A stretch of 63,526 nucleotides of DNA, the filler included, from Lenisia limosa (lineage: Eukaryota > Protista > Breviatea): assembly GCA_001655205.1 (NCBI GenBank). It is 19 parts of 19 records of this genome, joined end to end, with 100 filler letters (N's around TTAATTAATTAA, not from the genome) between each part and the next. Parts side by side here need not be neighbours in the genome. Positions count along the whole stretch, not along the records: positions 7,903 to 11,543 come from LPNZ01007424.1; positions 11,644 to 19,848 come from LPNZ01003668.1; 17 more parts are not named here. One strand, given 5' to 3'. The notes below the pieces were generated by a model, which was not told the DNA's origin, ran no database searches, and was given only the letters and a program-made list of their open reading frames with translations. This document shows, one piece after another, positions 8,167 through 19,948 of this stretch. The stretch's first letter is position 1; every line of letters begins with the position of its first letter. Made by a program: the position numbers and the translations under genes.

Positions 8167-11100
8167 ATGATTTATTTTTGAGTTGTCATGCCCGTATTGT
8201 AATACTTCAGATCAATGCCACACGGGATTTTGGAGTTGGGGCTTTATCTAGACCAAGTACCGCACCGCATGAGGTAAGATTACTGAAGGTTATAGTTCGA
8301 CTAGTTCAATAGGTCTCTCTTCTTAATAATATGGGATGTTGAATCACTCATGAGTTACGATAACCACATACCTTCTTAGATATCCACCTTCATTGCTTAG
8401 TTTCATAAGAATTTCCGAAACACCAATCGAGGTGACACGGATCCCGTAGAAACACAAATGGTTGGTGATACAATTTTGTTTTGCTTGTGCCTTCCAATTG
8501 TCAGGAATGTCCATTCATCAAAACAGGGAGACGAGATTCTTGTTTTGGCCAATCCCGACGGAGTTCTTCTCTTCTGGAACCTCAACCGCGGGTCCTGCAT
8601 TGTAAACGGGTGGTATACACCAAGGGTTAAAACTAAAGGGCTGTAGTTGAGTTCCGCCCTCGGGGTTATCATGGCTGCGAAATCATAAATCTAACGCATG
8701 AGTAACAGATGAATTGTCAATAATCCTGGGTAAACAATTTCCTTGACTGTTTAGCCTGCTCTTCGAATTGCTGCTCACAAAGATCCTATTTTGGAGCTCA
8801 AGAAAACACCAGTATGTTAGTTGCTCAGCTATTTCCGTTTCTTTTTTGGTGTAATATGTTTCAGCGTTTTAACCCTTAATTGTCTCCAAAAGTACTAATT
8901 TGTATTTCACATCAATTTTAAATAAGCTTTCTTTAGAATGAGGAGATTCTCCTCCTCCGCGTTCGAGAACTTGTGAGGGGAGATAACTTCACAATAATGT
9001 TTTATAATATCTGAGACATCTATGTGGGGGGTGAGGGTGGGAGTAAGCTGTTGGTATTTGTTCCTTTTTTACAATTGTTTATCCTCCAAATCACTTTGGT
9101 TAGTCTTAAATGATACTTTCCCCTCATTTCCATGACCCCAGTTCTGTGATTCGTTCTACCTCTGGTCTCTGCACTCCCTCTCTGCAACCACCAAAATCGA
9201 ACTGTCGCCGTCCCTCACAAGCACGTGCTTCACCAACACCATGGCCTGGCTCGGCCACGCGGTGAGCACTGTTCTGAGTATTACGTTATGTTCGTAAGAA
9301 ATCCTTGGATTTTTTTTAAAAAAAAAACATGACTTTGATATATTTTGCATTTCGTTATAACCCTTTCCGCTTGAGGAGCACTTGGTGTGACCAAATACAC
9401 TGTGTATTCACATATAATGCTTGTTTTGGTAATTTATATTCCTTGTGTTTTCTCTGCTGGATGCCCTATGTCATTTCACGATGTAGGACGGTCACATTGA
9501 GATTGTGGAGTATAGCAACATCAACGTCCGGAACTGTCAATCGCAGTCAGCAATTGACCATTCCTCTAATGGTGAGTAATGTGAGATAGTCTGCACACGC
9601 ATATCCTCTAATGGTGAGTAATGTGAGATATCTGCATATAGATACCCTCGTTGAAGCCAACTTATCACTGTGTAAAGGAAAGTTTTCATTATGTGATCTA
9701 GAAACCTACAAACCAACTATATTCATCCCTTCCTCTTACCTGTAGTGACAAGCATTGTGCATAACGACCATTTGGGACTCTTCACCTCTACTTCTGATGT
9801 AGGTTCCTTCTTGTCTTGTTTCCTTCTTGGCTTTCTTGGCTCGTTTCCTTCGTACTTTACTGCGTTTCCAATAATGTCGGTAGTTCCTGTAAATCCCGCT
9901 ATATTATTGATGTTTTTTATTTGATGCACCAGGATGGAACAGTGAAAGTCTGGGACGCTCGTAAGGCTCTTGTTCGAGACCTTCAGCTCGCAGGACCCGT
10001 CATCACCGCAGCCTACATCTCCAAACAGGGCGACATTGTCATCGGCTACGGGTCACAGATCCATGTTGTCCGGGCCAAGGTGGGAGGGGGGCTTCGGTTA
10101 GGGCTTCACTTTGGTTCGAAAAAAGACTGAATTTCTCGATAAATCTTCGAAAATTATCGATATTTCACCGAAATTTTTTTGAACCTAGGTGAAGCCCTAA
10201 CTTCGGTGTAAACGGAATCGCTTAGGGACCTGTTGTGAACCCGTACATACTCTGGGTTAATAGGCTGATTTCACTCTGATCTTCAGTCATATAATTTTAG
10301 AGTTTATTTGACGTGCAGTAGAGGTATGATGTCATATTTATGATATTAAGACTATTTACCAAAATGAGAGTAGTAGTGCAGTTGTGTTGTTATAATGCCT
10401 GAATTTGTTGTAGTTATACATGTAAAAGTATGTGTATGAGATAAAGTGGATTTTTTAAGGGTTGAAATCGTTCTTTGCTAACCGCATTACCTTACACTGT
10501 AGACCTACTTGAAAGGCACGGCATATGAGCCACTTTCACGGGTGGCAGCTCCGCCTGAAAGTCGTGGGGGGTGGGGGGTACTGTGTCAAGAAAATACCTG
10601 ACTTTTCGAAACCTGGACCTTTGAAGAGTTTACATGATCTTTTTTAAACCTTCAAAATGCATTTTGGGCATTTTTGCACAGCCCTCAGATAAAAAGCGCT
10701 GGTTTTATTTTTCATGTTGTCCTCTTCTCGAATCAATGCGTATTGTTCGAATACGATAACAGTGTTCAGTTCGTAGCCCCACGCCCACGCCTCAAATCAC
10801 CGCTTCGCTCAAGCCCCTTCCGCAGGTTTGATGTCACCTTGTCAATTTCCTGAAAAATACGTATCCTCCAATTCTCATGACATCCATAGGTCCACCCCCT
10901 GGCCAAAACCATGGGTCGCAACCATTCGGTAGGGACTGCCAGAGGGTTTCATGTTAGCAAGAGCAGATTAATGGACATATTAGTGGGGAGGCACGCAGAA
11001 AGCTGTGTGCACAGAGTTGTAAGGCAAATGATTGGGTGAATTANNNNNNNNNNNNNNNNNNNNNNNNNNNNNNNNNNNNNNNNNNNNNNNNNNNNNNNNN

Positions 11101-11523
11101 NNNNNNNNNNNNNNNNNNNNNNNGTTTAACAAGGGAGACTCCATCGCACCAGTGTTTAGAGGGGGTCTTTATTGTCTGTGATTGGATTGGCATTAGGTAT
11201 TCTCACGAAATTTGGCATTCTCACGAAAAAGGCTGTCATACCATTGTTAATGTGGCTTATTTTGTAGCCCGTCCCTCGAAATCGGTCCGACAGTATTGCC
11301 AATGCCTCCCATTCTGAAAGGTATATCATTGACTCTTGTTTCTTTGAAATACAAGTGAACTGGTCTGACCATGTAGTTCAAGTTTTCTATTAACCTTTTT
11401 TTTGTATTGAAATGAAGCCCTCTTCACGTTACTACTACTTCACCTCACACAGACGATCTCACACGGATAAGGCTTACGCCGCTCTTGTGAGTGCAGCTAG
11501 TCGATATGCTAGGTCTCCTTCTC
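8167..11523 (+). CDS. WD40-repeat protein (WDR97/WDR87-like, partial)
   Basis: Spliced DHSSNVTSIVHNDHLGLFTSTSDDGTVKVWDARKALVRDLQLAGPVITAAYISKQGDIVIGYGSQIHVVRAK|TYL; also ANPDGVLLFWNL and DSFYLWSL. Start and end positions are approximate. Confidence 0.75.
10099..10199. mobile_element. hAT-type MITE-A
   Basis: 101 bp; flanks GCTTCGGT / ACTTCGGT (7/8); 19 nt after the donor at 10080. Confidence 0.92.
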
Positions 11524-11719
11524 CTTCTTCGAGGATTGTCGCTNNNNNNNNNNNNNNNNNNNNNNNNNNNNNNNNNNNNNNNNNNNNTTAATTAATTAAN
11601 NNNNNNNNNNNNNNNNNNNNNNNNNNNNNNNNNNNNNNNNNNNTGATGGTGGGTTCCCTTTCTCTTTTTGGTCCTGGTTTCAGAATAAAAAAAACTATCA
11701 TACGGAGTTGTCTTCTCAT

Positions 11720-14700
11720 CACTCCAGCCCTTTTTGATGGGGTTAATCTTCACCATGAGGTCCCGGGTACTCTCTCTAAAGTTGCTTCCTCTTTTGTGAT
11801 TACCGCTATTGCAACGGTCTGTGCTTTGTTTTCTTTTTTATTATTAAGTTCACTATTTGTTTTTCAATACCCTCCCCTGGTATATTTTCAGGATAACATA
11901 GCTATTGTGGATCATATTGTAATATAATATACTTACAAACAAGACCAAATTTTGAATATTTTTCGGGTTGCTCCAAATTGGTTACATTATTCAATATAAT
12001 TTCTCTTGACTGGATGGATAATATTCCGCCAGGTGTGTCAAGTTTCTGTGACCCCTGCTGTCATTGACCTTGCCGGCGAGCTTTTGACATCTTTTTGTTA
12101 CAATCGTGGAGTTTACCTCTCAAACTCATCGGAAGCGGACGTCAGCTTCTCATGGCTCGGCCTTGAACATCCGGATTGTCAAGTGTCTATTATTCCCCAA
12201 ACCGGTTGGCCATCTCCTTGTCAGATACAATTTTGTTTATCTTGGTTTCATACCTATGTCATTGTTTTAGGAGTGCTACCGCCTCACTCGGATGTTTCTC
12301 TTGATGTTAGTATCCAAAGCTCAGTTCCAGGCTCCCTTTCACTTCCGCTGGTCTGCACGTTTGATTCAGCACCCCCGCTCTCTCTTCGTGTTTCTGCGTT
12401 TATTTCAGGTTGGGGGTGGTGGTAGAACGAGAAATAATTGTTTTGAAAGATATGCTACAATACATCAATTTTTTGTGGGAAGCTGGATCAATAGTATGTC
12501 CTTCTTACTCTTTAGGACCCAAGCTCAGAATTGAAGAGACAACTGTTGATTTCAATCTCTTCCCTGTTAACTCTACAAGTTATGGGTATTTCACCCTCTC
12601 GAATATCAGTAAAATCCAGTCTTCATTCCATTTGGACCATATGCATGGTTTTTTTCCCCCCCTAATTCAAGATGATCAAGTTGAAATTGAGTTCAACCCA
12701 AGATCTGGGACTTTGCTTCCTGGTGACTCTGTAACCATTGATGTTTCTTGTCAGTGTTCCATTGTTGGACAATTGGATACCTCCATCATATGCCACAGTT
12801 TGTTCAAAACATGGTCATTCACCCTGTAGTTCAACATGGTGATGATCTCTACCTGGCCGCTAAGGGTGTTGTCGAGTCAATCACCGCCAAGGTTAATCCC
12901 ATTGCACCGCCAGTGTACCACGGAGGAGTAGGAGTTGACCACACCTTTGACTTGGTTCTCAAATCAACGTCACGCCTCTCGTCAACAGTTTGTTCATAGT
13001 CATGCTTTTCAACATCTAGTTTCACTGGAGTTCAGCAGATGACAGCGTGTCATTTGAGCCATCCGAAGGTTTGCTGCTACTTGGGCTTTATTCTGTTCTC
13101 AGATAGTAAATTCGGAGCTGAGCCTCTAACCAGGCTAATATCTCACTTACCTAGGAACACTTTCAGCACGAGAATCTATCCCTGTCAAGGTTACAGTACT
13201 TCCTAGGATAGTTGGTAATTATGACATCATGGCAGTCTGCAAAGTAGAAGGTTGGCTGGAAATGTTTCTTGTGTTCTTAATATGTTTAATTGGGAAATGT
13301 CATCACGTTTCATCTGTTCAGGATGCACAGAACTCTTAGGAAGCCGTCTTCGTGGCGTAGCTGCAGGTCTGGTAGTGGAGTTCCAAATGTCCTCCTTCAA
13401 CAAAAATCCCGAATTCTCGTTTCTGTCTACTGCGCTTGGCGATGAGGTTTGTCATTTTTATTGCTTTTCGAAGTAATTTGAATTCTTACAGTACTACAAC
13501 ATACTAACCGCATTCACATTTCATGTTATTGTGTTCCTTTTGTCTTATGTTGTAGCCTAAAACACTGGCACTACCTCAAGATAATGATGAGGCGTCCCCT
13601 ATTATCAGCCCAGATCTCCCTGATCTCCAAGTCCCCCAAATCCTCCCCCTTCCCCGCAATCACTTTTGCTTTTCCACAACTCCCAACACAGTTCCATTTG
13701 ACATGGGCTCTCTCTGCATGAACTCCATTGCCAAACGCCAGTTCAAACTGAAAAATCAAAGCGCAGTCCCGGCAACAGTCCGTCTTTCAACTTCAACGTT
13801 CCCACTCTTTGACAGCGACGCAGACATTCTTTCAGAATTCACCAAGGAAACTACACAACATAACAGCTCTCTACTTGCTGCCAGACGTGAAGATAGCCTT
13901 GGTCTTTATTTTTCGGTCTCTCCAAGCAAGGAGTTCTTTTTGCCTCCCCATGATAGCCAAGTTATTGAAGTATTTGTCCTTGGTGATGCCCCAGGTCTCT
14001 ACTCTGAACTTCTCCAACTCCAGTAAGCTGTTTTGTGCGTTATTAATGAATACAATTGAAGGTTTTATCACACATGTACATATAATGCTTTACTTCGGTA
14101 AGAATTATTTAACTTAAACAATTGTCTTTGAGAAATATTTTACATGATTCTTTTACATAATGAGGATAATGACAATCTTTTTCTTGGGAGTTCTTTGGAT
14201 TCTCATTTGACTTTTAGAATGGATGGTGTTGAACCTCAGTTTTTCGCGATTGAAGCACTTGTGACGGGTCCCCTCCTACAACTTGATCCTAATTCCAAGG
14301 GATTATACTCTAGTCTTGCAACCAACCCTACCCCAAGCCTCCCAATCACTGTATGTAAGGGTAATTAATGGGTTTTTCTAGCACAAAGACCGGCCTAATT
14401 AGCTGGGAGCTCGGAATTTTCCAAGCCAAAAAATGCCTGATTTAGCCTGTATCTCTAGCCATAATGAGAAGTTGCAGGGGTTTAAAACAGTATTCATACA
14501 CTACTATATTGTATAGAACGCCAACTAGCGGCGTATACAACTGATTTTTTTGAAGAAATCAGAACCTTCCACATTCCGATCTCCCAAGATTTCAAAAAGT
14601 ACCGTCTGTTAACCCTTGCCCTAGCAGAACCCAATATCCACTGTGGTAAATCCCCCATTCCATAATTATGATATCCCTCAACAATAAGTGACATTGTACT

Positions 14701-17040
14701 GCCCCTTATTTTCCCCAGGATGACGGTTCGAATGTTTTGAAATGGCTGCCGAAGACAATTTGCCCTCCTCTCTCCCGGGATGTTTTGGCGGATGTCACTG
14801 GTATGAAGCGTTTCCACTTCGCCATCGTTTCAGAAAATAATCATATTTTTAGACATAGTAAACTAATACATATACTATATCGATATATTTCCTATGCGGT
14901 ACACATGATGTATATGTAGTAGCTACATGATAAACTGATGTTGTCAGCGTCGTTTAAACTAGTTATGCTAAATGGGTTTGAGTTATTTTGTCATAAATAT
15001 GATTTTTATTTCTTCTGTATTGCCAGGCTGATAGATTCCAGGCTCAAAACACTCCAGAATTGAATGGAGAGGAGTGACCCCAAACACTCTTGCTGAAACT
15101 AAAGAAATCCAAGTCTACAATCCCACACCATTCCCTGTAGAGGCTTCAGTCGCTGTCGTTGCAATCCCATCCCCACTCCCAGAATACACGCCAAGCTCTC
15201 CTCCACAGCTCCCCACTCTCGACGACATTGAAGTTGAAAGTCCCGTTGTACCCGAAGAGGATATGACTCAGGTAACTGGAAGGCGCAAACCGATGACAGC
15301 GAAGGACAAGGAGAAGGAAGCCAGGTTAAAGTTAGAGCAGGAGCAGCGTCTTGAGGAGATGCAAAACCAGATGATGGAAACCAAAAAAGAGAAATTGGAA
15401 GAACTTATCAGAGCGCTCACAGAGGAACATCAGCAAAAAGAAGCTGAGGCTCTCAAAGAGCATAGAATGAACTGCTTCATTGCAACCAATCCCCTACAGT
15501 TCCAGAAATCCCCCAATAAAGTCTGGACGTTATCCCATCAGTCTATAACTGTCCAGCCATTTTCGTTCCAAAGGCTAGAAGTCCAGTGTAACACTTTGAA
15601 CCTTTCTGGAGAACAGTCTACCAGACAAGATGCAGTCTCTCGTTTCTTCGAAAGTCGACTCGTTATCCTCCCCCGTTATCTCCCTACCCCATGCCAACAA
15701 GGTCCACAAGATTACGCAGAAGCCTTGAGCGTCTTGGCTGAAATCCCATCCGTTTTAGCGAACCCGTTAGGTGACGACGTGATCCAAAAGCGAGCATGGC
15801 ACCCCACGGCCGTCCGACTGGTCTCACCACCAACCATCGACGTGGCCATGTCGGTTCGGGTCGTTGAAGGTGGACTTGAGTTCCAGCCAACTCGTTTGCA
15901 TTTCATTAGCAATGCAGCTCAGCCTACTGCCCAACAACTCAGCCTTACTGTGAGTAATCGATCTCCTGCCATCCTCTCTTCCAGCTTCAGCATTCACCCC
16001 GAGGCTTCCTACCCCCACGCATTCTCCATTTTATCATATCGTCTTATCACCGAGCACTCTAACGGGAATTTCTCTGCCCGGAAACAGAGTATTTACAACA
16101 ACCTCCATCACAACATTACGCGGGTGACGAAGCAAGGCTCCAAGAGCCTCACAACAACCAGTATGCTGTCTTTCATTTCATTTACTTTGCTTTAATATTC
16201 AATCATGAGACTTTGTCTCGTTCTCGTGTATCATTCTCTTTTAGGAAAAAGTGACACGGCTCTCTTCGGTCATTCTGTGCGTATCAAATCAGGCGAAAAC
16301 CTCCCACCAGTCCCCCTTGAGCCGTCATCGTCTCTTGAAATCACAAGTTTGTTGAGAAAAATATCGTTTCTTTTCCTTATTTTCATGCCCATTAACCATT
16401 TAGTTCAATTCATCCCGCCCTCCCTTCCTCCTCCAATCTCAAGCTCAGTTGACTTGTCAAACTCACTCGTGACAACGCTACCTTCAGGAGAAGAAATGGT
16501 CAGAAACAATAAACATGTATAAGCCAGTGTGGACGCTCTACTCAATATAAAAGAAACCAGACATTAACTGTCTAGGCCATTCCCATTTCCGCGACAGTTC
16601 AGTTCCCTAAAGTAGTCCTCTCAACAAATGTCATTGACTTTGGTACCGTACACTGCACCCAGAGCAAAACCATGGTGGTCACCCTCTGCAATCCCACCAA
16701 TATTCATGCGGAGTGGGCTGTAGCCCCGTCCGTTCCACGACCGTTGTCAGCGTCAATAAGGTTTTCCTGCTTTATGTCTTATTCTCCAGGTCAAACGAGA
16801 ACTCATGGAAGTCCTTTAATTTCTCCCCGAACTGCGGTGTTCTCCCTTCGTCAAATGGCAAAATCCCTGTGGTTTGCTGACCAGTTCCGTTTACTGTTTT
16901 AGAAGCATGCCGTGAAAGTGACACTAACCCCGGGGCCCGCAGGCCCAGTTGAGGCTGAATTTCTTTTGGATGTTGTTGCCGGTATCAGATCAAGTTTGAC
17001 AGTGAAAGCCGAACGCTCTATGCAAGAGGACCTCCTTTAG
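11720..17040 (+). CDS. DLEC1: DLEC1/CFAP81-like ciliary protein with ASH/Ig-like repeats (5' partial)
   Basis: Repeated ASH-type motifs (GPKLRIEETTVDFNLFPVN...FTLSNISK; EFNPRSGTLLPGDSVTIDV; LSTNVIDFGTVHCTQSKTMVVTLCNPTN), short GT-AG introns, and C-terminus ...AERSMQEDLL* (TAG ending 17040). The order of motifs fits DLEC1 best; HYDIN/CFAP65-type alternatives are not excluded. Confidence 0.68.
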
Positions 17041-17149
17041 TACCAATACATGTTTCATTCTGTACCACTAATCCTATTTGTTTTTGCAATGATCAGTTTA
17101 GTTTCATTTAGGCGATATAATATCTTCACATCAAAAAAAGAAAACGTTT

Positions 17150-18962
17150 TTACAATTGTTGTTCACGGCTAAGGTAGTCTAGAACAGTGGCTTGAAGGCT
17201 TGGTTTTGCTCCTTGAAGGATACGATGAACCTGTAGGCAGTAAGTCTGTGATTGTAATATCTAATTGAAACCACATGACTATTATGAACGTGCCAAAGAT
17301 TTTTCATGATCTAACCCATTCATTGTTAATGTCAACCACAGAGTGGTTTTGAAGAAGTAGTAGGGTCACGTCAGTGTGACCGTTTTCACACGCTCGATCA
17401 ATAGCAGTGTTACCCTAAAGGATTAATAATTACAAATGGTTGTGAAATATGTTGACTCCAAATCAAATTCCACCACCAACAAGATTATCCCTTGACGTGA
17501 CATCCGCACCAAACTGAACCAAAATGAGTACCACCTCTGTGTGTCCAGTCAAACTTGCCCTGTGGAGAGCAGTTCGACCCTGTCAATTTTAGAGCACTCT
17601 TGGTTGAACGTCAAATTCAGTATGGAAAAAAAAGTTAATCTAAAACAACGTGTAGATAAATAGTTTGCTTCCTTTAGTAAGCTAATATGAAATACCCAGG
17701 TGTCACATTTGATCATTTCAATGATATCTGGAGATCAATTATAAAAGGTATTCGTCATGTTTAAACATTTGGGAGATTCTTACTGACATGAATAGTTTTG
17801 GCGTCAACGTCAGCACCCTGTTCAAGGAGATATTTAACCAGTTCAACATATCCCCTTTCAGAAGCATTGTGAAGAGAAGAATCGCCCTAATACACATTAA
17901 TCCACTGAAGTTCTCTATTCTAAGTCCATCTTTTACTCTTATTCATACCGTTTCATTCTGAGAGTTTACTGAGGCACCATGTGCCAGAAGAAGTTTAACT
18001 ACTTCAATTTGATTCTGTGCACACGCATAATGTAAAACACGATCACCCTGATAGTTAGGCATATCATGTGAAAATGGTAAGTAATAATATCATTATCTTA
18101 ACATAGTGGAAGTTACTTTCTTGTGGAATTGATGGGAGGAGATATACAAGGGTTTATTCAGAGTGTATCAGAGTTTTGTTGATAATTGAGGCTTTTAGGT
18201 TAATTATTTTATCATAGGTAGATGGTATGATGAGGTATTAGTTACACTAGCATGAAGGGAATAGTTAAAACAAATGAAGATGTTCTCTTTCACCATCGCC
18301 TACAAAGTCGTTTTCAGCATCCACGTCAAAGCCAGTCTTGAGTAAAAGTTCAACAATTTCGACGTGGTTGTTCAGAGCGGCCAAATGTAATGGAGTTGCC
18401 CCCTATAAAGAAGATGTTACAAAAAAGAGTTCCTTTTCCTAGTAATGTTATGTTGTAAACATAAAACTCAACGAAGATACAGAGTAACAAAAAGATCTAT
18501 GTTACCATATAATCTGTCCATATGCTTTCGGGGGTGAAGCGTTTCATGAAGTGTTCCACGACTTCAACTCGTCCATATTCAGCAGCAACGTGCACTGGTG
18601 ATCCACCCTGGTAAAGGTATAACAAAGTAGGGTGGTGTAATAACTGGTTTTTAAACTACAATGACGCAAGGCGTTGCTTGTATAGACATGATGCCACAGC
18701 TGATGATGGGGAAATGAATTACAACTGTTTTGAACTGAATGGAAAAATTGATTGTTTAACAATAATATATAGAGCACTACTCATATAAAACCAACGCTTA
18801 CGTTTCTGCTAATAAGGCCACCTTGAACGTCACCTTCGCAAATTTCTTTGGCTGCAGCAAGATCCCCTTCTGAAATTCGTTTGAGAAGCCCATCCTTGAT
18901 GAATTATTTTCCACTCGGCCAATCCATATCGCACTTACCTTATCAAATTCAAAACCAGGCAT
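17150..18962 (-). CDS. Ankyrin-repeat protein (apparently complete)
   Basis: ATG at 18962 (MPGFEFDK). Exons include [38 protein letters not shown] (18304-18402), [13 protein letters not shown] (17949-18047), [12 protein letters not shown] (17788-17886) and [12 protein letters not shown] (17481-17579); stop TAA at 17150-17152. Not visible in the supplied ORF track. Confidence 0.93.
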
Positions 18963-19948
18963 TATTCTTCACGCGAGATTAAACCAAACAAATGTAGACT
19001 GCAAAATGTTTGATGCTGTACTACAATTAGCTTCAAAAATCGAAATGTGACTATTATTGCATTATGACACTGACACGTTGTCGTACACGCTGTCATTTAT
19101 CACCTGTAGTGACGGAGGTAATGATGATAAGAAATCATGGAAACCACAAAAAAACACATTCAAGTTAGTTGTGTAGTTAGTCAAGCCACCCAGTATTATC
19201 ACAACATCAATACACGAGAACATGCACCACATGTACATCATGACCCCCCCCCCCCNNNNNNNNNNNNNNNNNNNNNNNNNNNNNNNNNNNNNNNNNNNNN
19301 NNNNNNNNNNNNNNNNNNNNNNNNNNNNNNNNNNNNNNNNNNNNNNNNNNNNNNNNNNNNNNNNNNNNNNNNNNNNNNNNNNNNNNNNNNNNNNNNNNNN
19401 NNNNNNNNNNNNNNNNNNNNNNNNNNNNNNNNNNNNNNNNNNNNNNNNNNNNNNNGTGGGGGTATAAACCCCATGAAATAAATAATATGATTTGGCAAGC
19501 ACATACCTGTGGAGGTGGGGGGTTGGTGGGGGGCTTCCAGGCTTGTTGTAAGGATCGTGATCGTTGAACATTGTTTTGATATATATATGTTTACATTTCC
19601 TCAAACTCTTTTGTTCTTTTGCAACTCAGTTATGCCTTTATTTGGTGTGAGTAGTGGTGATCTCTTTTTCAAACGCACAATTGGATTAATAAAGAATTAC
19701 TATCATAGAGCGAAAGATGCCCCTTATTGAGCTGCCCAGCGTCATGGAAAATCCTCAGCTAAATAGAAACAAGAAACAATTAAAGACAATAATAAGAAAA
19801 CACAACACATCAGTGTCTGATGTGGCTCCGCAATAAATGAACCCATAANNNNNNNNNNNNNNNNNNNNNNNNNNNNNNNNNNNNNNNNNNNNTTAATTAA
19901 TTAANNNNNNNNNNNNNNNNNNNNNNNNNNNNNNNNNNNNNNNNNNNN

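Noticed and set aside
9156-9350. Minus-strand ORF VLTAWPSQAMV...
   Set aside because: It is the antisense shadow of a plus-strand WD40 exon that splices in phase.
10099-10199. MITE-A as a TA-target Stowaway/Tc1 element
   Set aside because: Treating TA as part of the TIR reveals 8-bp flanking duplications in many copies, and one copy starts CAGGG; this fits hAT better.
15074-16195. Non-standard genetic code (TAR=Gln) to explain broken ORFs
   Set aside because: Breaks are explained by GT-AG introns, this long exon has no in-frame TAR, and genes end in TAA, TAG or TGA.
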